Source of the DNA: an uncultured virus (IMG/VR IMGVR_UViG_3300035701_006463)
Lineage: Duplodnaviria; Heunggongvirae; Uroviricota; Caudoviricetes
Direction: 5' to 3' (one strand)
Virus record (IMG/VR): IMGVR_UViG_3300035701_006463
Length of the DNA stretch: 63,132 nucleotides
The notes beneath the pieces were generated by a model. It was not told the DNA's origin. It made no database searches and was given only the letters and a program-made list of their open reading frames with translations. The translations under genes and the position numbers were made by a program. How positions within the stretch are numbered: the first letter of the stretch is position 1; each line of letters opens with the position of its first letter. This document shows, piece after piece, positions 38,725-46,452 of this stretch.

Positions 38725-39407
38725 GCAGGCCACAGATTGTTAGAGAACTTGAAGATCTAGAATCCGTTGAGATACGTGGTCAGCTGTCAATAGAGGACTT
38801 GGTGCGACGCCAGATCGATCGTTGTAATATGTCGATGGGCAGCGTAGAGCCGTCGGTCTTTGAGGCTCATGTGCGTGCACTCATGACGATGTTACCGTCA
38901 AACAAATTCACAGATGTGATGGACAGGTCTGACGAGTACAATAAAGAAGTCCACGAGTGGCACCACGAGAGTTGGTGTGGCATACAAATGGGCACCCCGG
39001 AAAACCCTATAACGACAGACGATAAGCCACCCAAAGAGGACTGGTCTAACGTTATAAGTCCCAGACCCACAACAAGGACAGAAACCGATTATGAGAAGTT
39101 ATACAAAATAGTTTTGCAGGCATTTGAATCTGTTGGCTTAACATGGAAAGTTGAGCAAAAAGTGGCGGAGTTTGGTAAAATTGTTGAGACGCCCATTCCT
39201 TCTAATTTGGTCGAGAGAGCTAGTCAAGCTGTGGTAGATGTTTTGTTGAAGGGAAGAGCAGAACTGATAGAGGCAGCTAAGAAAAAAGAATCAAAGCCGG
39301 AAAGGCGAGCAGGTATGGTGCAAGCAAACCAGATGTCATACGCCGATCTCGTCGAACAACTCAGAGACCTCACCCCACCCACCCCCGTTTTTGAGGTGTT
39401 TGAATGA
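38721..39407 (+). CDS. hypothetical protein
   Basis: ATGA overlaps on both sides. Confidence 0.65.
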   Translation: MSRPQIVRELEDLESVEIRGQLSIEDLVRRQIDRCNMSMGSVEPSVFEAHVRALMTMLPSNKFTDVMDRSDEYNKEVHEWHHESWCGIQMGTPENPITTDDKPPKEDWSNVISPRPTTRTETDYEKLYKIVLQAFESVGLTWKVEQKVAEFGKIVETPIPSNLVERASQAVVDVLLKGRAELIEAAKKKESKPERRAGMVQANQMSYADLVEQLRDLTPPTPVFEVFE

Positions 39408-40492
39408 CGGCTGGGGCAGAGCATCTCGTACCTGGCACCAAATATGAGGAGACCCCGGAAGAGTACGAGGGACCAATTGAATTTGTTAACTGGGGTGGTT
39501 TCAAGCTAGCTGTTTACGGTGCGTCACGTCTCACCACGGAGTTCTTTGATGAGATATCGGCTAGGAGAAATAGTAACAAGGCCGTTATTATCATTATAAC
39601 TGGACCAGCGGGAGAGGGAAAATCTTGGTTGGGTCTGCGTTTTTGTGAGATATTTGACAAACAATTTAATATGCTCGACGACGACGATCCGAGGGCCCTT
39701 AATCCAGGTACGGACTCATCACAAGTCCCATTCGAGCGGGAAGCGTTCCTCTATTTGGTTGGTAATAACTCCCCACTCAAGTATGGTCAATGTATACTTC
39801 CAGACGAGGCGCAGTACGCTATGGGTGCTCGACGTTGGTATGAGGATATACAAAAAGATATGATGGAGCAGGTTGAGTCCGTTCGTAGTAGGGGCTTCAT
39901 CATCATCATTGTTGCACTGCACTTGGAGCTCCTAGACAAGGTTGTTAGGAAATACGTCCTGACATATATGTTCCACCTAGAGGGTCGTGGTAAAGCTACT
40001 GTGTATCGTCTCTACACCCCACGGTTTGAGAAGGAGATGCGCAAACGCCGGTTGGGCCAGTTACTCTTTCAGGTTCCCAGTTACGAGAACTGTACCAATA
40101 CCGATTGTCTGAGATGCCCGTACCTGTATAGAAAGGGTGGCGACTCCAGAAAGGGTGAGGACTCGACTAAAGGGGAGGGACTGAAGTGCATGACCCTGAG
40201 GGCGCGCTACGAGAGGCGTAAGCGACAATTCGTTGGTAAACGTGGCTCTGATGCACAAGCAAGGGCACATGCCAAGGACCTCAAGTATAGAGTGATATCC
40301 GACGAAGAGGTAGCAAAGGCCATCCACGAAAATCGGGCAAAATTGATCATCGGTGATAGGAAGAGGATTGATCCGACGTCGATACAGTTAGTGGCGGAGG
40401 ATGTCCTCGGCTACCCGATTGGTGTGCAGAAGGCGTATAAGATACGTGCACGGCTGGAGCAGAGGTATCCGGAGTTGTATAAGCCGAAGTAA
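39404..40492 (+). CDS. P-loop ATPase (Zot/pI-like or viral assembly type)
   Basis: Walker A IIIITGPAGEGKS, Walker B ILPDEAQ, RSRG hhhh...LDK..R. Confidence 0.8.
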   Translation: MTAGAEHLVPGTKYEETPEEYEGPIEFVNWGGFKLAVYGASRLTTEFFDEISARRNSNKAVIIIITGPAGEGKSWLGLRFCEIFDKQFNMLDDDDPRALNPGTDSSQVPFEREAFLYLVGNNSPLKYGQCILPDEAQYAMGARRWYEDIQKDMMEQVESVRSRGFIIIIVALHLELLDKVVRKYVLTYMFHLEGRGKATVYRLYTPRFEKEMRKRRLGQLLFQVPSYENCTNTDCLRCPYLYRKGGDSRKGEDSTKGEGLKCMTLRARYERRKRQFVGKRGSDAQARAHAKDLKYRVISDEEVAKAIHENRAKLIIGDRKRIDPTSIQLVAEDVLGYPIGVQKAYKIRARLEQRYPELYKPK

Positions 40493-40494
40493 CC

Positions 40495-40501
40495 TTTTTT
40501 T
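40495..40501 (+). terminator. archaeal oligo-T terminator candidate
   Basis: T7 run immediately after the ATPase stop. Confidence 0.5.
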
Positions 40502-40514
40502 GCTGAATAATAAG

Positions 40515-40525
40515 TTTTATAAATA
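40515..40525 (+). promoter_or_regulatory. TATA box for the downstream non-coding segment
   Basis: TTTTATAAATA preceded by purine-rich GAATAATAAG; no credible ORF follows. Confidence 0.6.
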
Positions 40526-40544
40526 CGTACAAGGATTATACCAT

Positions 40545-40978
40545 TGGGTAACAGCTTAACGGGAGGGAAACGTTACGGGTCTTTTGGACACAGTGAGGCC
40601 AAACTCATTGAGGGTTAACTTCCTTGGGGGCTACTTCTCGGTTATGTTGTCGCAAACCTACGCAGGGTCACCTTGGTAGGGCGAATTCGCCATAATCCTG
40701 TCGGATGTGAGAAAAGCTCTTCCATTCGGGATAAATATTGGCGACGCTGGGATTCATGGCTGTGGTCTCCGCGGCTATCGTCAGCTCGGCCACGACTATG
40801 GCTGAAAAGTTATTTAGGACCTCCTACTTGACTCAGTTTCCTAGTCTTGATCGGGCTGCTTGTAGGCATCGCGGCAGCCTCAAGAGCCTCAGAATCCGCT
40901 TAAACCCACGCTGGGGTTCTAGTTCGGTTCGGTGAACGACTCGGATTCGTCCGAGCAGGGACGTCGGCCCCCGTTTTT
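40545..40978 (+). ncRNA. candidate large structured ncRNA (~430 nt), family unassigned
   Basis: TATA upstream, T5 at end, and consecutive helices with many G-U pairs (see findings). Confidence 0.6.
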
Positions 40979-41638
40979 ATCAATTTCATCTAGTATCTTT
41001 TGTATACATCCTTCCGGGTCTTTATGTATATCCCTTTCCCAAAACCTCAACACCACAAAACCATTTTCTACTAAGGTTTTGGTTTGTCTCCTATCTATTT
41101 CTCTTCCCACGGGGTAGTTGTGCCAGTGGTCCCCATCGGCAAAAACACAAATATTTGGCAGTATGTATATATCAGCTCTTGTGATATTTAATAGGGGTTT
41201 GTCCGTTTCAAATGTGATTTTGTGTGATTTCAGGCCATTCTGTAATATCACTTCAATCGATGTGTTTGTTTTGGGGAAGGAGCCTCTTTTATTGACGGCA
41301 TAGATTCTTAATGTGTTACTTGTTTTCATTAAACTTGGGTGGGTGTATTTGGTAAAATCTTTATTCCATGATGGCCGCCCCATTGTTCGTTTGCTTGCAT
41401 TTGATCGAGATTCTTCAGACCATGTCCATGTCTTACCCAAGGAACCAGATGGTTTACCCACGTGTGCAGCAACGTATTTGGCTACTCTTGGATCAGTCTC
41501 CTTTGTTTTGTTAATATTCCAAGGACGGATCTTTTTCTCTCTGCGTGTTTTTGATATTTTCTTACCGTATTCGGCCAATCTAGGATCGGTTTTTTTTGTA
41601 TGACCTTTATTCCAGGAGGCCTGTCCTTTCCTACCCAC
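40919..41638 (-). CDS. Vsr/DUF559-like endonuclease with N-terminal NUMOD3-like repeats
   Basis: Three WNxxxTKxTxP repeats; TSIE, ADIYI, VFADGDHWH, GFVVLRFWE. Confidence 0.8.
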   Translation of the reverse strand: MGRKGQASWNKGHTKKTDPRLAEYGKKISKTRREKKIRPWNINKTKETDPRVAKYVAAHVGKPSGSLGKTWTWSEESRSNASKRTMGRPSWNKDFTKYTHPSLMKTSNTLRIYAVNKRGSFPKTNTSIEVILQNGLKSHKITFETDKPLLNITRADIYILPNICVFADGDHWHNYPVGREIDRRQTKTLVENGFVVLRFWERDIHKDPEGCIQKILDEIDKNGGRRPCSDESESFTEPN

Positions 41639-41798
41639 TCTCCATCACCGGTCTCACCACGATGGTCTCACCCACATCCATGTATATCTCCTTTAGTGGC
41701 TTCCCAGTCCTCCTCTCAACATCACTCACCCACGACTTCGGTAGGGTGATTAGTCTGGTCCCGTCCGGATGTTTTATAACCTTCCTGATCAGCGGCAT
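41631..41798 (-). CDS. AbrB/MazE/SpoVT-like DNA-binding protein (55 aa)
   Basis: MPLIRKVIKHPDGTRLITLPKSWV...IVVRP; below the ORF-track cutoff. Confidence 0.7.
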   Translation of the reverse strand: MPLIRKVIKHPDGTRLITLPKSWVSDVERRTGKPLKEIYMDVGETIVVRPVMESG

Positions 41799-42002
41799 AT
41801 CAATCTATATTACATCTATAAAACGTATATAAAAATATATCGACTTGTCAACGAATGAATGAATCAATGAATTACGTCTCTCCCAAAAACAATTATTATT
41901 TAGTCAATATGGGTTGCGGGCGCCATGGCACAACAAAAGTCTTATATATGATAAATCGATAATGATAAATCAGATGATCGCTCAGAGGTGAAAACTGAAA
42001 AA

Positions 42003-42167
42003 ATGGGAAAGAAATCCGGCATGGGCAGCCTGGTCGGCGACAGTAAGGGTGGGTTGGTGGAGCAGAAAAAGCCCCATCGTAGGGGCAAGCCCGCCATGGA
42101 CGCCTCGTTCCTCGGTGGGTTGAGCGCCATGGGCGCGAAGCCCAAGCGTAAAAGGAAGTTTAAGTAA
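42003..42167 (+). CDS. basic microprotein (54 aa)
   Basis: GAGGTGA RBS; MGKKSGMG...KPKRKRKFK. Confidence 0.6.
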   Translation: MGKKSGMGSLVGDSKGGLVEQKKPHRRGKPAMDASFLGGLSAMGAKPKRKRKFK

Positions 42168-42178
42168 GGAGACAAACA

Positions 42179-42349
42179 TTGACACGTAAGGGCAAACTCG
42201 GCCGTCCTCGCAAGGAGACCGGTTCCGACTCCCGTAAGAGGCAGCGCGAGGTGTGGCGTAAGGCCTCCGCCGACTACTACCGGCGGAACCGTAAGGAGGT
42301 TCTCGCGCGGTTTAAGAAGCGGCACAGTGAGCGCGGGAGGAAGAAGTGA
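42179..42349 (+). CDS. basic microprotein with AT-hook-like GRPRK (56 aa)
   Basis: AGGAG RBS, TTG start; ends GRKK. Confidence 0.6.
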   Translation: MTRKGKLGRPRKETGSDSRKRQREVWRKASADYYRRNRKEVLARFKKRHSERGRKK

Positions 42350-42558
42350 TATTGGTAGGGAAAGAGGTTAAGAAGTTATGGGCAGTGAAAGTAAAATATC
42401 CAGCCTCGGGAAAAGTGGAGACGTTGTTAGTAACTGCGCCGACAAGAGCCAGAGCTAGGGAAATGAAAAGTGGATATGCTCGGGTCTTGGATGTGATGCT
42501 TTGGAGAGGAGAAGTACCCGGTTATAATCGAGTGGAAAAGAAGAGGAGGAAGAAGTAA
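42346..42558 (+). CDS. basic microprotein
   Basis: Ends KKRRKK; TAATG coupling. Confidence 0.6.
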   Translation: MILVGKEVKKLWAVKVKYPASGKVETLLVTAPTRARAREMKSGYARVLDVMLWRGEVPGYNRVEKKRRKK

Positions 42559-42746
42559 TGCCGAATAGCTATATGTTAGTTTCCGTTGAGGCAGCCACAA
42601 AGACGGGTGCCGCTAGGAACGCACGAAAGAAGATGCGTGAGAAGGGTTATTTCAAGGGGTGGTATTTTGTTGATGCTAAGCCTGTGGTAAAACATCCTGA
42701 TAAGAAGCTTTACATTTGGGATGTATCGTATAGGAGGAAGAAGTAA
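42558..42746 (+). CDS. basic microprotein
   Basis: Ends RRKK; TAATG coupling. Confidence 0.6.
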   Translation: MPNSYMLVSVEAATKTGAARNARKKMREKGYFKGWYFVDAKPVVKHPDKKLYIWDVSYRRKK

Positions 42747-42937
42747 TGGTAATGACCAAGGCCGTACAGAAAATTATAGCGTCTTGGAAAAGGCACAGCT
42801 TGGTAGAGGACAGGATGGAGTATGACAGGAGTGACCTGAGATGTGCTCATCCTGACATAACCCGTAAACAGGTTGATGAGCTATATAAATGGCTTCATAA
42901 GGACGATCCTGTAATGAGAAAGAGGAGGAGGAAATAA
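42746..42937 (+). CDS. basic microprotein
   Basis: Ends RKRRRK. Confidence 0.6.
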   Translation: MVMTKAVQKIIASWKRHSLVEDRMEYDRSDLRCAHPDITRKQVDELYKWLHKDDPVMRKRRRK

Positions 42938-42938
42938 G

Positions 42939-43160
42939 CTGAGTAAAACAGTAGGTAAAAAGGTTAAGCGGCCCTTGACTACGGTCGAGATGCACAATGC
43001 ACCCATATTGCATGGTAAGGTTGGGACACGAGGACGTATAACCGGAAGCTACGTGGGCGGATTTGTAGTATATGTTCCCAAGGAAAGAAAGACGCTCCAT
43101 TTACCATTTTCGAACATAGACGGGTGGTATGTTGTGGGTAGTCCTAGGAGGAGGAAGTAA
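42939..43160 (+). CDS. basic microprotein (Sm/SH3-like beta pattern), possible CTG start
   Basis: Ends RRRK; TAATG coupling; ORF track starts at 42975. Confidence 0.55.
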   Translation: MSKTVGKKVKRPLTTVEMHNAPILHGKVGTRGRITGSYVGGFVVYVPKERKTLHLPFSNIDGWYVVGSPRRRK

Positions 43161-43378
43161 TGCCAAAAATTCGAAAACTTACGGATACAAAAGTTTTCAA
43201 CCATAAACGATACCAGCTTGAGTACTGTTTCAGGCTAGGTATTCCTGCGGGTAAGAAATTGGTAGAGATACTGGATCGTGGTCTATACGACGCTAAGGTA
43301 GTTCGTGGTACGTACGGAAAGGGAACAGCTAAGGAATCCGGGTTTGGAATATACACGCGGTGGAGGTTGAAGAAGTAA
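43160..43378 (+). CDS. basic microprotein
   Basis: Ends RLKK; TAATG coupling. Confidence 0.6.
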   Translation: MPKIRKLTDTKVFNHKRYQLEYCFRLGIPAGKKLVEILDRGLYDAKVVRGTYGKGTAKESGFGIYTRWRLKK

Positions 43379-43629
43379 TGTCCACACCGTACTCACAGGC
43401 AGTTGAGGGTTTGATGACCCTAGCCACCGCCGGTATGGCTATCGGTTTCCTATCAAAGACCCTAACATACGCCGGAAAACAGTACGACCTGCAGAAGACC
43501 TACAAGACCCGTCCACAGGCACTCAAACATAGTAAACAACTGCAGAAGAAGGGACAGCGTTCCCGGGCAAAGAAGGGTGTCAACAAGCGTGGACAGGTCC
43601 GTTATGGCGTCTACAGGGGGAAGAAGTAA
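43378..43629 (+). CDS. basic microprotein with hydrophobic N-terminal helix
   Basis: Ends RGKK; TAATG coupling. Confidence 0.6.
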   Translation: MSTPYSQAVEGLMTLATAGMAIGFLSKTLTYAGKQYDLQKTYKTRPQALKHSKQLQKKGQRSRAKKGVNKRGQVRYGVYRGKK

Positions 43630-43844
43630 TGACTGAAGAAAAGAACCCGTGGTCCGACTGGTCCGGTGCCTCCCAGAAGAGGGCATTCAAACGGTCCAAT
43701 AAGAAGATGAGCGAGAGCTTCAACAAGGCCACGGAGGACTTCGGCACCATGGGCAAGACGTTCCGGAAGTTGTGCCGGCCCGGTGGCAGGACCACTTTGG
43801 GCAAATTATATGTGAGGAAAGAAGGTGGAGGTGAGAACGAGTAA
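43629..43844 (+). CDS. basic microprotein
   Basis: TAATG coupling at both ends. Confidence 0.55.
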   Translation: MTEEKNPWSDWSGASQKRAFKRSNKKMSESFNKATEDFGTMGKTFRKLCRPGGRTTLGKLYVRKEGGGENE

Positions 43845-44101
43845 TGGTTAGACAACGTACAGGTCTGCATAAGACTGATAGGTTAGGTAGTGGTATACGT
43901 GGTGGAGTGGATAGATCAAAAATATCATCGGAGAGGAATTTTGATGGGGAGGAGTTCACCGCGTATGGAGCCTACAAATCCAAAAAGGTGGCTGAACGTG
44001 TCGCGCTACGGTTGAGGCGTCAAGGACATATGGCCCGAGTGGTTTATGGTAAGAGGGCAAAGGGGTACACAACCTATGTCAAAACCCGTCCGAGTAGGTG
44101 A
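43844..44101 (+). CDS. basic microprotein (SPOR-like beta-alpha-beta pattern)
   Basis: FDGEEF...YKSKKVAERVALRLRRQG..ARVV...YTTYVK. Confidence 0.6.
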   Translation: MVRQRTGLHKTDRLGSGIRGGVDRSKISSERNFDGEEFTAYGAYKSKKVAERVALRLRRQGHMARVVYGKRAKGYTTYVKTRPSR

Positions 44102-44156
44102 CGAATGATGCCACTAAGTGGGTTATATATGAAGAAGAAGGAGGTGAAAACGAACA

Positions 44157-44534
44157 ATGGGTGAAATAATAGTCCATAAGAAGGCATACACTCGTAGAGC
44201 ATATACCCGCAAAGACGGCACCAGGGTGCAGGCTTCCCACGTTCCTGCTTCAACATTCAAGGTCAAGGACCGTGGGGCACCCGGCCGTACACCCAAGTCC
44301 AGGCAGTGGGCGAAATTCGAGACCTTCACTGGCTGGCAGAAGACCCAGAGTTCCACCACGCGGCGTAGCAAGATGCTAGCTGCGACGGACAAGAGGAGTT
44401 CACTACACGACCGGTACGTTGAAGCTGGTCGTATGCTGAACCAACTGGCGAACGTCACAACAGATAGGCCGACCGAGAGGAAAGCAAGAGCTGATGCAAA
44501 CTACTTCTTCAGACGTGGAAAGGAGACAAAATAA
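44157..44534 (+). CDS. basic putative DNA-binding protein
   Basis: GGAGGTGA RBS; AYTRRAYTRKDGTRV...KDRGAPG. Confidence 0.7.
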   Translation: MGEIIVHKKAYTRRAYTRKDGTRVQASHVPASTFKVKDRGAPGRTPKSRQWAKFETFTGWQKTQSSTTRRSKMLAATDKRSSLHDRYVEAGRMLNQLANVTTDRPTERKARADANYFFRRGKETK

Positions 44535-44568
44535 TTGTTCATGTTCAGTCTAACAGGAGGGAAAAAGT

Positions 44569-44736
44569 CTGGTAACAAGAAGGGTTAGAGCCAAGAGTGC
44601 AGGAGCAGCCCTAAAAGAGGCTAGGAAGAAGTATCCCGGCATGACCGTTACAAAGGTCAACCGTGTGAACACAATAAAGGAAAACAAGAAGGGCGAGAAG
44701 TCCTACCAAGTTGTGGCTCACAAAAAGGTGAAGTGA
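44569..44736 (+). CDS. basic microprotein, probable CTG start
   Basis: AGGAGG RBS; VTRRVRAKSAGAALKEARKKY...HKKVK. Confidence 0.55.
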   Translation: MVTRRVRAKSAGAALKEARKKYPGMTVTKVNRVNTIKENKKGEKSYQVVAHKKVK

Positions 44737-44810
44737 GACGGAGGAAGCAGTGTTTCCTCCACCCATTCCCGGGACGCTATGTCCCTCTCGTTTAAGGAGG
44801 AGGTGAAAGT

Positions 44811-44954
44811 ATGGTGAAGTACGTAGTGAAGCTCAATTCGAGGAACAAACGGTTCATGGTCTTTGCTGTTCCTGAGAAGAAGGGTCTTTGGAGGATAGTG
44901 AGGGCCTGTAAGACGAAGTCTGAGGCAGATAAGTGGGTTAAAGGCAAGAAGTAG
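44811..44954 (+). CDS. basic microprotein (47 aa)
   Basis: GGAGGTGA RBS; MVKYVVKLN...KTKSEADKWVKGKK. Confidence 0.55.
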   Translation: MVKYVVKLNSRNKRFMVFAVPEKKGLWRIVRACKTKSEADKWVKGKK

Positions 44955-45100
44955 GTAGGGGGATTTGTACCCGCGGTACAATACCTATCCAGTCCGAGAT
45001 GTGAGAACAGTGGTATGTGGTAAAGTAGGAGGTATGGGTGGTAGTGGTAATTCCCACAATGTTGATCATGAGTTTATAAGGTACGAACCCGTAATGTTAT

Positions 45101-46015
45101 ATGAGTATGGGGTGGGGTAAGACGGAAGACATATTTGAAAAGATCGACGGCGTAAAGTGGTCTCTCTTCGGCTTCAACCCCATTTTTGCACTCAAAAACT
45201 CCTCGACGTGGCGCAAATACTTCTCCATTTGTGTCGTGGCAGCCTCCTGCCTTTGGCTTATATTCGGCTACGATTCAGTTTGGAGTCAACTCGATCCCTT
45301 TACAAATTACTTCACCACAGTCTTCATCAAAGATCCTATCACAGCTGTCCAGAATATTCCTCTCCTTAAACTTTGGAAAGATAGCAGCCTCTACTATGGC
45401 GTTGGAAATCATTTTTCCGCGCCGGTGTGTTATGGATTGATCTTTATCGTTTTAAGCCTCCACTTAGAAAAAGTTGGTATAAAGAGGAGCCTCAACTTCA
45501 CGACATCGGCTCTGCTATCTCTTCTGAGCATTGGAGTCTTCGAGTGGGCGTGGAACCTCCTATACGCTACCTTCCAGGGGCAGCCTTGGACAATCACATT
45601 CGCTTGGAAACAAATCGGAAACCTCACCATGTTCACCCTATTCGTTGTATTTGGCGCTTTGGTACTGGTTTACCTATCCGACAAATACAAGCCAAACGTT
45701 GGTCCCAGAACCATAGCACTCTCAGCACTAGCCATAATTATGTGGATTGCTTGGATTTACTACCCACTACCTGTTGGACGTATTCAAGTGAGGACTTCTG
45801 TGGGTATTTGGACGAACTCACCTAGGTTCCCACAGACATACTATGCGATTGATACCAACCCGAACGATGCACTGGCGATAGGTACGCCCTATTATGTTCA
45901 TGACGACGTCATTCATACCTTAAACACCAGCACGAAAGTTGTAACATCTTTGGCATTATTGTCATTTTGTATGCTTGAAAAAAGGTTGCAGTGGTATGAA
46001 AAGGGGGTCTCTTAG
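45101..46015 (+). CDS. multi-pass membrane protein
   Basis: Six or more hydrophobic segments; TTTATAA ~21 nt upstream. Confidence 0.7.
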   Translation: MSMGWGKTEDIFEKIDGVKWSLFGFNPIFALKNSSTWRKYFSICVVAASCLWLIFGYDSVWSQLDPFTNYFTTVFIKDPITAVQNIPLLKLWKDSSLYYGVGNHFSAPVCYGLIFIVLSLHLEKVGIKRSLNFTTSALLSLLSIGVFEWAWNLLYATFQGQPWTITFAWKQIGNLTMFTLFVVFGALVLVYLSDKYKPNVGPRTIALSALAIIMWIAWIYYPLPVGRIQVRTSVGIWTNSPRFPQTYYAIDTNPNDALAIGTPYYVHDDVIHTLNTSTKVVTSLALLSFCMLEKRLQWYEKGVS

Positions 46016-46134
46016 TTGAAGTGTAAACCAACTGGAAAGGCGGCCGAGGAGGCTGGATATTATATGAAAGCTGAGGGTGTGTTTCCTCCTCACTGTCCCA
46101 GAAGTGGTACGAGAAAATTGTTTGAGGTGTTTGA

Positions 46135-46452
46135 ATGTCTCCCCTGAGTAAACGTAAGAGCCCGTATGAACATATTGTACACGAACATACCAGAACGTTG
46201 CCCGGTAAGAGCACAAAAACCAACGTCACGCAGTATATGCGTGGCGACGGAGATAAAGCGGTCTCACCTAAACGTGGACGTGTAGTTGGCGATCCTTCTT
46301 CTGGACCGTACACTGTTACTGTATTCTACGACAAAGACGAGGAGACTGCGCGGGTTACAGCTTCTGGCTACCCCGACGCCATAGAGAAGGGTTTGCTCGC
46401 TAGAGATTCCCTCACCGTTCCGCGGTTGGTTCGTATAAGGGAGGTGAAGTAG
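46135..46452 (+). CDS. hypothetical protein
   Basis: GAGGTG RBS; C-terminal domain resembles the end of the next ORF. Confidence 0.6.
   Translation: MSPLSKRKSPYEHIVHEHTRTLPGKSTKTNVTQYMRGDGDKAVSPKRGRVVGDPSSGPYTVTVFYDKDEETARVTASGYPDAIEKGLLARDSLTVPRLVRIREVK

Noticed and set aside
39404..40492. Terminase large subunit
   Set aside because: No recognisable C-terminal RNase H-like nuclease domain and no adjacent portal gene
40792..40847. Group I intron core (ACGACTA/TAGTCT resembles P7)
   Set aside because: The conserved J6/7 and J8/7 adenosines are absent, the segment folds as a simple nested hairpin, and no interrupted gene flanks it
40545..40908. RNase P RNA (CAGAATCCGCTTA before a closing helix resembles CR-V)
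   Set aside because: No GAGGAAAGUCC-type CR-I able to form P4 was found and the CR-V spacing is one base short; left as an unassigned RNA
40738..40935. 65-aa + strand ORF within the structured segment
   Set aside because: No RBS, no protein-like motifs, and it lies wholly within predicted helices
40913..40972. Canonical tRNA gene
   Set aside because: No T-arm with TTCRA loop and no 7-nt anticodon loop; I saw no canonical tRNA anywhere in the window
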